Shown here piece after piece: positions 1 through 15,383 of a DNA stretch of 64,000 nucleotides. This stretch comes from the human T2T-CHM13v2.0 reference genome, Homo sapiens. Position 1 is the first letter of the stretch, and the number at the start of each line of letters is the position of its first letter. Where the stretch lies: NCBI RefSeq assembly GCF_009914755.1, contig NC_060931.1. One strand, written 5' to 3'. Under the pieces are notes generated by a model. The model was not told the origin of the DNA. It searched no databases and saw only the letters and a list, made by a program, of their open reading frames with translations. The position numbers and the translations under genes were made by a program.

Positions 1-61
1 ACTCTTGTCCCCAGCCAGACCTGGGGACAAGTGGGTACATCGACGATTGATTTCATAGTCA

Positions 62-470
<409 letters not shown>

Positions 471-1518
471 GTAGTATTTGGGTAGTATTTGGGAATCTGG
501 TTTTATGATGTGATCATGTAGTGACCTCTCTCAGGATATAAAGGGGATCAGTTTCTGTTGGGTGAGAGAGAATAAAAAAACCGGTTTGTTAGCCCTCTTT
601 TTATTTACTTGTCTGTTTGACTATTTGTGAGCTCAACTCAATCAGGAAAACATTATATGCTCACTAAAAGTAAAATGTCCCTTTGAGATCTGCACTAGTG
701 ATTTTTATGGTTCTGTGTTTACTGTTGACTCATGATTGAGGCTGTAGAACTGAAACTTCAAGTTCTCAGTCTCAGTAAGTCTATCTGTAATTGTGAAAAA
801 CCTTTACCTTTCATTGCGTGAGTTTGACATTTTTCCACCTCATGTATGTAAATAAATTAAATTATAAAGTCTCTGAAATTTAAATAGCTTCTCTCTAATT
901 GGTTCATAGAGAAAAATAAGCACTTCTATAACTGGCATTCACAAATTTCTCAGGAAATAAATTGTTCTTTTAAAACTAGGCTTAAAAATTATTATGGAAA
1001 TCTCAAGATCAGAAGCAGGTTTGTATGAAAACATGAGTTCATATTATAAAGGTGAATCTTTTGAGTCATATATTTTATGAGAAAAAAATAAAATAAAGGT
1101 GAATCTTTTACAGATTAGGCTTGTTTGGTAACTTTTGATTTGAAAACAGCTATATGACTCTTCCCTAATTTTACTGATGGGGTTGAACTGGTTTTCTATT
1201 GCCACATAACAATATTGCCACAAATTTCTCAACCTTACACCAAAAACATTGATAAACTTACAGTTTCTGTTGATCAATCAAAGCTCAGTCTGCTACAGCA
1301 AGGGAGAATACCACCTTGAGAGATCCTAGTAATATCTCAAAATGGGAACGTAAGAGGAGGATATTTATAAGGCTTAGGGATCTAGGCTTCAGTTGTTTAA
1401 GTCAGGTTTATCAAGACAAGAAACTAACTGAACTGGAGGACAGTTCATGACTTACAGTTTAGGATTAGGAGACCCAGAAAGGCCAACTTCTTGACATAAG
1501 CCTTGATAAGTAATTTTT

Positions 1519-2352
<834 letters not shown>

Positions 2353-3151
2353 TAAACAATAAGTAAGTCAAATTAACGTGGGGGAGTCTCTGTTCTAAGT
2401 CCCCACATTAAGCTATGTGAATACAAATGGTCTAAATTCTTAAATTAGAATACGGTAAGTTGTAGTTTGTCAACATAACTAAGATCCTTATTTAACTTTA
2501 AAACCTGAGTCTATTCTTAGATCAAGTTATTTAATAGATAACTTGGACACCTAGATAATTTTTAAGGGAAATAGAATACTAAAATTTGGTCACCCTACAT
2601 ATTTTGAATATATACACTTTTTTTCTTATAGTGGATATATCTGTTGTTCATGTTAATGACTGTGTTTACCTTACTAATGATTGGGTTTACTCTGATTTAA
2701 AGGAGTGAAAAATGGATGTGGGTGACTCTAGGAGGTGATTTCATTAGTTTTGTTAATTTGCTAAACTGTGTATAATAGATACTTCTACATCCCCTTCTAG
2801 TTTTCTCTGTGAAATAGAAATCAGCTACTTTGACTGAAAGTTAGAATTTATACAAATAATCAAAGACTATACTAAAGCAATAGTAGCAGAAAATTGTGAC
2901 TATGAATGCGAGGTAATGGAAATATTTTCTGTCTTAAACTAAAAGGTTTGGTTCTTCTAGAATGCGAAAAAGAATTGTGTAAAACAAATCTTGAATAGAT
3001 GTAGAAAGTTGTAAGTAGAAAACAATTTATTTGCCTCACTGCAAATAATGAGTTGAAAAAGAAACAATAAAATATACTCAAATGTTGGCAACGTTCCCTC
3101 AATTTTGATGAGTTTATTTGTAAGATTGTTTTGTTTTTTAAATAGGACAGG

Positions 3152-3243
3152 CCAGGAGACGGAGGCTGCAGCCAACCATAAGCATGCCACTGCACTCCAG
3201 CCTGGGTGACAAAACAAGACCCTGTCTCAAAAAAATACAACAG
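3152..3243 (+). mobile_element. 5'-truncated old Alu (3' fragment)
   Basis: ccactgcactccagcctgggtgac...ctgtctcaaaa. Confidence 0.85.
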
Positions 3244-3255
3244 AAATAGGGCAGG

Positions 3256-3365
3256 TTGTTCAGTTAGGCAGCACGTACACTAACATTGGAATGATACAAG
3301 AAGGTTAGCATGGCCTCTGCACAAGGATGACACACAAAATCATGATGTGTTCCATTAAAAAAAAA
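3256..3365 (+). pseudogene. U6 snRNA processed pseudogene
   Basis: ggcagcacgtacactaacattggaatgatacaagaaggttagcatggcctctgcacaaggatgacac...ttccat is a diverged near-full-length U6 followed by an A tail; the ACAGAGA box is mutated. Confidence 0.93.
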
Positions 3366-4027
3366 TAGAGCAAGGAGCTAATAAATCCTTTCCTGCTAAC
3401 TACTATATTAATGTAAAACTAGAATTTGGTTTTCTATGTACTAAAATAACAGTGTATCTCAAACTGTTTGGTCTGCTCTTAACAAAGGGTAGTAAAAGTT
3501 TATGCCTTTACATTCTATCTGGCCTGACAACATAGCAGAAATTCCATATCCCATCAAAACAGTTTTCTGTGTTTTATGGTCATATTTTCAAGCCCTTGAT
3601 TTTTAAGCAGCAAAAACTTAAAGTTCTTCATTTGCTGAAAAGCTAAGACTCCTTTCTTTTGTGTCATCATATTCTTGTTATTTAAAATATTGTATTGTCA
3701 TTTTGATCAACAGATATTGAATTTATTGTTTCTCAGGCACATCTGACCCTATGTTAATAGGTGATCTAAAGTACTCCAATAACTCTTGGTTTTGCTTTCC
3801 CACAATCACATCCTAGCTTCGGAAAAATAAAAATTAGAGGATTTTCTTCACACATAAAACTATCTTTGAAATTTCCCATAAGACCCCTAGAAAATCATGA
3901 AGCTTTTTTCTTTTGTTTTACAAAAGTAGAGATGTACCAAATAATTGTTTCCTTGACTTTTTTTCTTAGTTCAACACTATTGTAAGAATTGATCAAAATA
4001 GTAGTCAAATTAAAGGATACATTTTAT

Positions 4028-4366
4028 TTTTTAAAAATTGTTTTATTATACTTTATGTTCTGAGGTACATGTGCAGAACGTGCAGTTTTGTTACGTAGGT
4101 ATACACGTGCCATGGTGGTTTGCTGCACCCATCAACACATCACCTACATTAGGTATTTCTCCTAATGTTACCCCTCCCCTAGCTCCCCACCCCGCCGATG
4201 GGCCCCAGTGTGTGATGTTCCCCTCCCTATGTCCATGTGTTCTCATTGTTCAACTTCCACTCATGAGTGAGAACATGCAGTGTTTGGTTTTCTGTTCTTG
4301 TGATAGTTTGCTGAGAATGATGGTTTCCAGCTTCATCCATGTGCCTGCAAAGGACATGGACTCATC
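4028..4366 (-). mobile_element. L1PA-type 3' end, 5'-truncated
   Basis: Reverse L1 3'UTR (gtacatgtgcagaacgtgcag...); TSD taaaggata(c/a)attttat at 4011-4027 and 4367-4383. Confidence 0.9.
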
Positions 4367-4540
4367 TAAAGGATAAATTTTATAAACAAAATATTACTCA
4401 CACATTTATTTCTGAGACTGTACACATTACAGAATAAATTGGAAGGCCCTGGATATTTGTCTGTGCTCTCACTGTTCATAGTATTGTTTTACTTATAAGA
4501 AAAACACTGATCAAATTCTTATTAAAAAATTATGTATTGC

Positions 4541-4839
<299 letters not shown>

Positions 4840-4932
4840 AATTATGTATTGCACCTCAACAGAGAATTTTACTGTCTTCAATTTTGACCTCATCATACAA
4901 AGCCCAGCCTGGAGTCACATTTGAGAATAAAT

Positions 4933-5650
4933 TGAGATGGGAGAGTTCTTCGGACCCCTTCTCAGGTGACATGGGTGTGGCTCATTTACTCAGCCACCAC
5001 ACAAACCCCACGCAGGAGTGGGAGCATGCAGGCAAGCGGGTGCCGGGGCCTGGGTGAGTGTTTTTGGGCTCCAGCCCCATGGTAGCATCTAGGGATGTGT
5101 TACAATTAATGCTCTTTTAGCAGTTGCCATCCATGGACAGCTAAGTGTTAACCAGCTCAGTGGAGAGTTGTGGCAACAGCTTTTTATAACCTGCTCTCTT
5201 GGTACCTGGGGTCCTTGTCCCGGCATCCAGGAAGACAGGTCACACAGACTTGAATGATGGTGAATGCAGAGGTTTTACTGATTGATGGAGGTGGCTCTCA
5301 GTGGGATAGGGAGCTGGAAAGGGGATGGAGTGGGAAGACAATCTTCCCTTGAGTTTGGCCACCCCCAGCCAAACTCCTCTCTGACCGTCCAGCTGCCTCT
5401 TTGATATTCAGATGCTTCTTTTCTTCTCTCCTTCTCTGCTGTGCTGCTCTGCTCCTTTGCCAGAGGAGTTTGGGGTTTTTATGGGTACACAGGATGGGGG
5501 CATGGCAGGCCAGGGTGGTTTGGAAAAAGCAATGTTCGGGCAGGAAAACAGCAATAACTATTCTTATTTAGGGTGGCAGTTTCCAGGTGGAGCCTTTGCC
5601 AGGGAACCACCATCTTCTACTCAGTATTTCCCTGCCTCCTGTCCGTATCA
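4933..5650 (-). mobile_element. ERV1 solo LTR (LTR27/MER52-like)
   Basis: TG...CA termini and 4-bp TSD AAAT; minus strand begins TGATACGGACAGGAGGCAGGGAAATACTG as in that family. Confidence 0.8.
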
Positions 5651-6464
5651 AAATGACATTTAATCAAATATGGAAAGCTCATCATTAAGGAGCAAGATGT
5701 GAAAACAATGACCACAAATTTCACTTCCCACTCCCACTCGAAAAAAAAAAATCAACCTGGTTTATGGTTAAAGCCTCACAAGTGATGAGCAGTATCACTT
5801 ACTAGTCAGCCAGGGACCTCAAGAGTATTTGGAGACTTCAAGTCGAAAGAAATTCACCAGAATCTATTAGAAATGACAGTGTAATCTTGGTGGATAGAAT
5901 TTTGGGGCTTGGTTTTGTAGTCTTGGGATAGAAGAAAAAAATAACAGGCTTTTAAAGAATTGAATCCTATATTCCCTAATGAAATTACCTGACAGAATTT
6001 AATTATTTGGCCTCTGTAGTTGCTCAATACTGAATGTTCAAGGAAGTATATACAGTTAGTTAATACCTCTTGCTATGTGAACTATGTGAACTATCATGAC
6101 AAAATATGAAACTAGCTTTATATGTGAGTGATCAAGAATAATCTCCAGAGGTTATTTATGATCACAAAAAGAGGCTGTTAAATAAACGTATTTAAAACTT
6201 GGAAATAAGGCAAAAAGGTAGCTTGGCAAAAAGGAGGAAACTTCAATGTCATAGTGTTTTTTTTTTTTTTAAACAGGCTTAACCAAGGATTATTTAATTA
6301 TCTAAGGGAATGTATCTGAATTTGACTTGGCTATTTTCTGTTAATTAAATATCTGGTCTCTGACACATGTGTTTACTTTTAGATACAGCCAGGAGGAGAA
6401 CAGATTTAACAGGGACTGCTTGTGCATTTACCAGTGACAATGAAGTTTGAAGGAGGAAAGAATT

Positions 6465-6680
6465 TTTTATTGAGCATCACCTAGATGTCAAGAACTATAC
6501 ATTACTCATTGAGTCACAGAAACAACTTTGAGTGATAAGTGTGATTATCTTCATTTTACAGAAGGTTGAAGTTCAACAGATAAAATGATTTGCCACATTA
6601 TTTAGCTAGTAAATGGTAGAGCCAAATGTCAAATCCCAAATGTTCTTCTTCCAAAACCTACACTCTTTTAGCCATATTAT
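6465..6680 (-). mobile_element. MIR
   Basis: Core attttacagaagg...gatttgcc...ctagtaaatggtagagcc. Confidence 0.6.
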
Positions 6681-8544
6681 TCTACCCCCGTAGAAAAACC
6701 TTTTTTCTAACGACCACAAAGTTATACCTGCCACTTCTCCAAACTGAAAATGATATCTAAATGTCAACAAAAAATATACTAGTTAGAAAATACAAAATTT
6801 CATGATGGGAAATGTAAGTATATGTTCTGTGTGCATAGAGTAAAAGATCTATGAGTCATCTGCTACAACCCACTAAGTGTTTAGTTGAAAATTGTTCTTT
6901 ATCATCTAGCTAGATAGCAATTAGAAGTGTGAGAGACAAAGTATCCTTTAAGAAAAATTGGCTAAAGAATAAATCATTTAAAGTGCTTTACAGACATTAC
7001 CTAATATATTTTCATACATCCCTGTGAGCTACACAGCCATACACAAAAAGCAATCCTAATTTGTTTACAGGCATTCAAAGGTGATGCAATGTAAAGTGGA
7101 AGGCCAAGATGCTGCTAACAGCATTACGCTTACCTTAGGCCTACGGCAGTGTTGGTCATTTCAGCTGAACACCACTAAGTTAATTAACCTCTATTTTTTT
7201 TCTTAACCTGCTTAGTGAAAATGTCAGTACCATTTGGGCCATGAGGCTTTGCAACCAGGCAGGTCATTTAGTTTTTTTCTCCACTTCCAACTGCCCCTCT
7301 TTGACCTGATCAATGATTAACACCCTTTATTTTAGAAACAATAGGAGATATTCATATTTATCATCCCAAAGGGACCCCTTCCATGCCTTTGAAAAACCAG
7401 TGAACTGAATTTTAGCTAATTTAAACTAACTATTCTACAGAAAGGAAGATTGGTCTTAGTTTTTTAGAAAGACCCAAGACAAAATTCAATTGTTACACTA
7501 CCATTCCATCCCCACTCACTCAATTTTTTTAAAACTCATTGGTGAAAACTGTTGATTTCATTTGAAAAAAAATGCAACTTGGGAATGGAGTTGGAGATGT
7601 ACTTTTCGTATTTCTGTCCCGGGAAAAAAAGTATTAAGAGTGGTGGGGTAGGGCAGAGTTTCATATATGAAAATTTAATATGTATTATATTTTCTGGGTT
7701 TTAACTTTTAAACATACTATATAATGTAAATAAGAATTAACTGAAGAAATATTCTGATAATCATTCCTAAGGTTGTTCCTACTTCAGTCTTTCCCGTTAG
7801 TAAGTAGTCTCTGAAGCCATTGTTTAAGCCAGAAAAAGAAATCACCTTTGATTCTCCCTCTCTCTAATCCATCACATGCAATCCATCAGCAAGTTATGTC
7901 AATTTTACTTCTAAAATCCAATCTGTCCACTTTTCCCTCATTTCCTCTGCTTCCACCTTTGCCCAAGCTATTAAAACAAATGAAGCCACCAAGGTAAGGA
8001 GTGAAGAGTTTTCTCAGAAGTACAAATATTTGGTAAACACTACAATTGGTAGCAGAAGGAAACAAGATAGAAGAGAAGCTAAAAAGGTGGGAAAAACAGA
8101 ACATATTTGTTACAGGAAGAGAATTTAAACAGAAAGAACCAGTAGACCTAAGGTTGAATCTCAAGTGCTTCCAATCTGAAGACAAATAGGACATGTGTGA
8201 ATTTGGGGTGAATTTGGGATGTGTTAATTATATTGAAGACTACTATACCATGTATAAAACTTTTACTTTATACAACTTCCAAATGATTATGGAGAAGATT
8301 TCGGAATCATTTTTTTCACTGTGAAAACTTCCAGAATGAAAAAACTACAAACAAAATAATTGACTAATACTTTAGGATTTCTTCATGTTTATTCTCTTGT
8401 ATCAGTTTTTAAGTAACTGAATAAATACAAATTGGATATTTGGGTTTTATTTCTGTTTTATTTTGGTAGGGGATACTCAACTTGATTGAAGGATCTAAAG
8501 GCTGATGTTCAAATTCATTGTGCCAAAAATAAGTCTTTTTCAAG

Positions 8545-10495
8545 AAATCCAAATAGGAAAAGAGGGAGTTATCTCTCTTTTCTGATGATATGATTCTATA
8601 CCTAGAAAACCCTAACGATTCTACCAAAAAACTCCTGAACCTGACAAATGACTTCATTAAAGTTTCAGGATACAAAATCAATGCACAAAAAATCAGTAGC
8701 ATTTCTATATACCAATAACATTCAAACTGAGAACCAAATTAAGAACACAATTCCATTTGCAATAGCCACAAAAAGAATAAAATACCTAGGAATACATCTA
8801 ACCAAGGAGGTGAAAGAACTCTACAATGAGAACTACAAAACATTGCTGAAAGAAATAATAGATAATACAAACAAATGGAAAAACATTTCATGCTCATGAT
8901 CAGAAGAATGAATATTGCTAAAATGTCCATACTGCCCAAAGCAATCACTGGATTCAATGCAATTCTTATCAAATTACCAATGTCATTCTTCACAGAATTA
9001 GAAAAAACTATTCTAAAATTCATATGAAACCAAAAAAAAAAAAAAAAAGCCTGAATAGCCAAAGCAATTCTAAGCAAAAAGAACAAAGCCAGAGGCATCT
9101 CATTACCCAACTTCAAGCTATACCACAAGGCCGTAATAACCAAAACAGCATGGTACTGGTACAAAACCAGACACCTAGGCAAATAAAACAGAATAGAGAA
9201 GCCAGAAATAAAGCTGCACATGTACAACCTACTGATCTTCGAAAAAGTCAATGAAAATAAACTATAGGGAAGGAACACCGTATTCAATAAATGTTGCTGG
9301 GGAAACTTGCTAACCATATGCAGAAGAATTAAACTCAAACCCTACTTCTCACCATACACAAAAATTAGCTCAAGATGGATTGAAGACTTAAATGTAAGTC
9401 CTCGGCCTATAGAAATCCTAGAAGAAAACCTAGAAAATACTCTTCTGGACATTGACCCAGGCAAATAATTTATGACTAAGTCCTTAAAAGCAAATGCAAC
9501 AAAAACCAAAATTAAGTGGTACCTAATTAAAGAGCTTCTGCACAGCAAAAGAAAGTAGCAACAGAGTAAACAAGCAACCTACAGAATGGGAGAAAATATT
9601 TGCAAACTATGCATCTGACAAAGGACTAACATCAAGAATCTATAAGGAACTTAAACAAATAAACAAGAAAAAAAACCCACTAAAGAGTGGGCAAAGAACA
9701 TAAATAGACACTTCTCAAAAGACATAAAAGCAGCCAACAAACCTATAAAACATGCTCGACATTACTAATTATCAGAGAAATGCAAATCAAAACCACAATG
9801 AGATATCAGCTCACACCAGTCAAAATGGCTACTACTAAAAAGTAAAAAAATAACAGATACTGGTGAGGTTGCAGAGAAAAGGGAACATGCAAGTACTGTT
9901 AGTGGGATTGTAAATTAGTCCAGCCCCTGTGGAAAGCAGTTTTGAGATTTCTCAAAGAACTAAAAATAGGATTATCATTCAACTCACCGATTCCATTACT
10001 GGGTATACACCCAAAGGAAAGTAAATCATTCTACCAAAAAGACACCTGCACTCACTTATTTATCACAGCACTATTCAAAGACATGGAATCAACATAGATG
10101 CCCATCAATGGTGGATGAATAATGAAAATGTGATACATATATACCATGAAATACTACACAGCCATGAGAAAGAACAAAATCATGTCCTTTGCAACAACAT
10201 GGGTGCAACTAGAGGCCAATATGCTAAATGAAACAGAAAACCAAATACTGCATGTTCTCACTTATAAGTGGGAGCTAAACAGTGGGTATACATGGACATT
10301 ATGATGGGAACAATAGACACTGGGGACTCCAAAAGCCAGGTGAAGGATGGAAAAACTACCCATTGGTTACTATGTTTACTATTTGGGTGATGAGTTCAAT
10401 CAAAGCCCAAACCTCAGCATCATGCAATATGTCTACGTAACAAAACTGAACATATACCTGCTGAATTTAAAACATTTTTAAATAAAATAATAATT
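8545..10495 (+). mobile_element. L1PB-like 5'-truncated LINE-1 (disrupted ORF2 3' part plus 3'UTR)
   Basis: ORF2 remnants ([32 protein letters not shown]) with stops and frameshifts; A-rich tail. Confidence 0.93.
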
Positions 10496-10669
10496 TTTTA
10501 ATTAAAAATGTCTTTTTTAGTCTTCCAGAGGAAATTGTTCTCTCATCTAGGCAAACAAAAATTTAGCTTGGAAAATCTTTCTTTACCTCATAATCTTAAA
10601 AATGTTTACATGAAAAGTGTCTAAATTTCCTCCAATATTCTTCATTAAATTATCTTTAAACTGTATTTA

Positions 10670-10970
<301 letters not shown>

Positions 10971-10998
10971 GAAATATTAATATTTACTAAATTCAAGG

Positions 10999-11343
10999 CA
11001 GTGATCCCCAACCTTTTTTGGCATCAGAAACCAATTTCGTGGAAGACAATTTTTCCATGGACCGGATGGGCAGGGCGGATGGTTTCTGGATGAAAATATT
11101 TCACCTCAGATCACCAGGTATTAGTTAGATTCTCATAAGAAACACGCAACCTAGATCTTTCCCATGCACAGTTCACAATAGGATTCGTGCTCCTATGAGA
11201 ATCTGATGCCTCCACTGATATGACAGGAGGCGGAGCTCAGGTGGTAATGCTCCTTCACCAGCTGTTCACCTCCTGCTGTGCAGCCTCGTTCCTAACAGCT
11301 CACAGACTGGTACTGGTCCATGGCGCAGGGAGTGGGACACTCG
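10999..11343 (+). mobile_element. MER1B-like hAT-Charlie MITE
   Basis: cagtgatccccaacctttttggca...tttcgtggaagacaatttttcc. Confidence 0.8.
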
Positions 11344-12995
11344 TATTAAAAGATAATTTTTAAAAGAAAATATTATGACTTTCAAACAGATATAAAGTGA
11401 ACATGTGTCGAAACTTTTATTTATTTAGCTCATTAATTATATTAGGGAACCAGTAAGATGTAACAACTGGTTTAAAGAAAAATTCAAAGAACCACACTTA
11501 TATAGGTCAGCAGAAATTGTGAAATAAATTTGCTTAATAGATGTAAAATTTGAAATCTGTTCAATATCCAGAGGGCAATAGTCAACTGACTGTTACTACA
11601 AGTATTAGATAATATAGTATAATTATGTACTATAGTTATTTTATAGCAATGTAAAATAAAGACAAGATATACAAACCCCCAATAGAATCAGATAATCTGG
11701 ACAATGCCTAATTTTCCACTGATGACAACCATATTTTTTTCTCAATTTCTAAGTTTTTCACATGTTTTCCCTACATATAACAAGGACTAAGTCCCTGTGC
11801 CCCAGTGTATAAGTCTGGAGGGAGGGGGATGAGGAAAAAGGAAAATAAATGCAATAACTGAATAGTTTATAAGGTTCAGTGGGATATATGCCAAAAGACA
11901 GAACTGATAATTTCCCAATTACACACAATATGCACAAGTAATGAAGATATCTGTTCTGATTGGATGGTGCCTGTGTTGAAGGCATACTTAAGCATATATA
12001 GAAACAAAATGCTATGAGAAATGAAAAAAGGAAAAGATTTATATTCCCATAAGGAGGTATGGCACAAGTTCATGGAAAAAGCAAAATGTAGCAGGTCTTT
12101 AAAAGAGAAAGATTTTAAATAAGTAGAATATAAGATGTGGGTGGGGGGGAAATATTTCAACTTAAGGGAATAGTAAGAGAAAAGCCACATATATAATATT
12201 CCTGGCTTGTAGTTTAGCATGGTTTGATGAAATCAGAGCTAAGAGAGAAAGGGAGATTTAGGGCAAATCACGGACAATCTTAAACATGTTGACAGGTTTG
12301 TTATTCATTTTGTTCCAATAAAGAACCACCAAAGATTTTGAGCAGGTGCATGACAAGATCAAATATAAGTCTTAGACAAAAAAATTCTAGCAGCAATTGG
12401 AAAAAAAGAGATTGAAAAGTGAGAAACCAGAGGCAAGGAATCCAGTAGAGCCTGTTGCAATGGTCAGGATACAGCCTGAACCAGAGCATTCTGGAGAGGA
12501 AAAGAAAAGCTTTGGGGAAGTCAGAGTGAATAGGATATGTTGATTCATTAGATAAGTCATTCCAATTTTTGTGACTGTGTGTTCACATTCGTTAAAAATT
12601 GGAGCATGCACTCCTCCAACTTTTGCATATTTAGTTATAAATTATATACTGCTCTACTAATGTACTAATATAATACATGTAATTTGAAACATTCATACAT
12701 GCTCACAAACTTTTTTTTGCTCTCAAAGAGCAAAGATTTAATTCACGTTTTGGGTGCTTAGTTTCTAACTGTCTTGCTAATGTTGATGGCTTTGTATCAG
12801 TAGTAATTCTCAAAGTACTGTACATTTACAGCAAGGTCCATAAATTCTTATTTCAAACAGTTTTGGAAATTTTACTTTTTTCTGATATCTTACAGATTTA
12901 AGTGGCCATGATATATATCATACATATGATATATATATATACACATACATACATACTTTTTTTTAACCATATAATGTAACTAATAAAGAGTTGAG

Positions 12996-13300
12996 TTTTT
13001 TGGTTTTTGTTTTTTTTTCTGAGACAGGGTCTCACTCTGTCACCCAGGCTGAAGTGCAGTGGTGTGATCTTGGCTCACTGCAGCCTTGACCTCCTGTGCT
13101 CAGGTGATCCTGCTACCTCAGCCTTCTGAGTAGCTGGGACTACAGGCATGCACCACTACACCTGGCTAATTTTTATCTTTTTTGTAGAGACAGCATTTCA
13201 CTATGTTGCCCAGGCTGTCTTGAACTCTTGAGCTCAAGCACTCTGCCCACCTTGGTCTCCCAAAATGCTGGGATTACAGGCATGAGCCAGCATGCCCAGC
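12996..13300 (-). mobile_element. Alu (AluJ-like)
   Basis: Reverse Alu; TSD ataaag(a/g)gtt. Confidence 0.9.
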
Positions 13301-13316
13301 ATAAAGGGTTTTTGTG

Positions 13317-13620
13317 TTTTTTTTTTTTTTTTTTTTTTTTTTTTGAGATGGAGTCTCACTCTGTCACCCAGGCTGGAGTACAGTGGCATGATCTCAGCTC
13401 ACTGCAACCTCTGCCTCCCAGGTTCAAGCGATTCTCATGACTGAGCCTCCCGAGTAGCCGGGACTACAGGTGCAGGCCACCATGGGTGACTAATTTTTGT
13501 ATTTTTAGTACAGAAGGGGTTTCACCATGTTGGCCAGACTGGTCTTGAACTCCTGACCTCAAGTGATTCACCCATCTTGGCCTCCCAAAGAGCTGGGATT
13601 ACAGGCTTGCACACCTGGCC
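13317..13620 (-). mobile_element. Alu (AluS-like), tandem to the previous one
   Basis: Reverse Alu with long T tract. Confidence 0.92.
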
Positions 13621-14489
13621 AAAACCCTATACTTTAGATGAGTAGAAGGCAGAGTAGAAAGAAGATGAGTCAAAGATTAGCAGAAATGACTTGAAGGATA
13701 GTGTGCCAATGAACTAAAGGGAAAATTAAAAGGATAAACAAGGTTTAGAAGGAAAATAAAACTTGTTTTCCAACATATTGAGTCTGAGGTACTATGCGAG
13801 TCATTGAAGCTGTCCCTTAGGTATATGAAAATGAGAGGACCATGAGAAGCCAGGTTGCACGTGTGGATCAGGAGTGATAGTTGAGGCCAACTTACAATTT
13901 AGGTTTGCTAAGAAGAGAAGTAGGCAAATGAGAAACCTGAAAAGCGCTTTTAAAAAGGGGCTTTGAGAAAGGAAGAGGAATCTTCGGAGATGCATGAGAA
14001 AGGTAAGAGGAGAGATTTGAATAAAGCAAATATTTCAAGAAAGCTGCACAGCCAAGAAGGATAAAGCTAAGATAAATATGTTGAATTTGGTAATTTAGGA
14101 TGTGGCCCTCATTTGAAAGAGTGGTTTAAGTAAGTAAAGTAGTAGGGACATAAGTTAGTTTTCATGTAAAGAACTGAAAAATAGTAAAAACAATTTTTTT
14201 AATGGGGAAAGTAACCACAAACTGTTCCTTCAGAAGTTTGGTGGTGAAAAAAGAGAGATTGTGTGGTGCATTAAGGAAGATAGGATGAATTTGGCAAACA
14301 ATGAAGAGAGATAAATTAAAGGTAGAAATAAGGAAGGGGAACTTAGGAGACCAGATTCTCAATGAAATGATATTGGTATAATCATACACACAGGTGAGAG
14401 TGACAGTTTTGGGAAAGGGGAGGAGGAATTTTTCTTTGAATCAGAAGGGAAAAGATAAAGTGTAGCAGTTTGTTTTAGAGTAATACATA

Positions 14490-14793
14490 GGGCCGGCTTT
14501 GTGGCTCATGCCTGTAATCCCAGCACTTTGGGAGGCCGAGGCGTGTGGATCACCTAAGGTCAGGAGTTGGAGGCCAGCCTGGCCAGCACGGTAAAACCCC
14601 GTCTCTACTAAACATACAAAAATTAGCCAGGCGTGGTGGTGCACACCTGTAGTCCCAGCTACTCGGGAGACAGGCAGGAGAATCATTTGAACCTGGGAGG
14701 CAGAGGTTGCAGTGAGCCAAGATCACACCACTGCACTCTAGCTTGGGCGACAGAGTGAGACTCCATCTCAAAAAATAAAAATAAAAATAAAAA
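14490..14793 (+). mobile_element. Alu (AluS-like)
   Basis: Full Alu, (TAAAAA)n tail, TSD taat(a/g)cata. Confidence 0.93.
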
Positions 14794-15348
14794 TAATGCA
14801 TAGGTTGAGAGAGTTTCTGTCAGATGGTTTCTGTCTCTCTCTTTTTAAAATATTATTAAGGTGTGAGGTAACATGCTGAGCATTAGTAAACATTCTGGAT
14901 AGCTCAGGGGTCAGGAAATAAACGTGGAGCCACTAACTAGTTTTTAGCAGGAAATGACATTACGAGATTTTAATTTAAGAAAGTTCTGTCTGGTAAGAGG
15001 TATGGCAGAATGGCAGTAGGGTTGGATTTTCGAGTGACCTGAGAAAGACGAGTAAAAGGATAAGAAATGCAGGCAAGAAATCATCCCTTAACCAAGGTAA
15101 CAGCAAGTGGATAGAGAGGGGGCAACACAGTTGAGAGTTATTTAGAAGAAAGCAAGGATGACTCAAACACTTGCTTGGACGGCTGGGTTAATGATGAAAA
15201 CTTAGGCATAAAGGTTGAAAGTAGATAAAGGAGAAGGAAGGTGATGAGTTTGTTTAGGAAATGATATATATTAGGTACCTGAAGGATATCCTAGTAGGCA
15301 GATGGTTCTTACAGCATGAGGATAGATAAATATGGACTGACATATCAG

Positions 15349-15380
<32 letters not shown>

Positions 15381-15383
15381 ATA
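15349..15383. repeat. (GT)n(GC)n alternating purine-pyrimidine microsatellite
   Basis: gtgtgtgt...gcgcgcgcgtgtgtata. Confidence 0.9.

Noticed and set aside
3256-3365. Functional U6 snRNA gene
   Set aside because: Many substitutions including the ACAGAGA box, an A tail and TSDs, and no PSE/TATA promoter upstream (an Alu fragment sits there)
8409-9548. ORFs of 68-199 aa over the L1
   Set aside because: Broken L1 ORF2 remnants and their antisense frames
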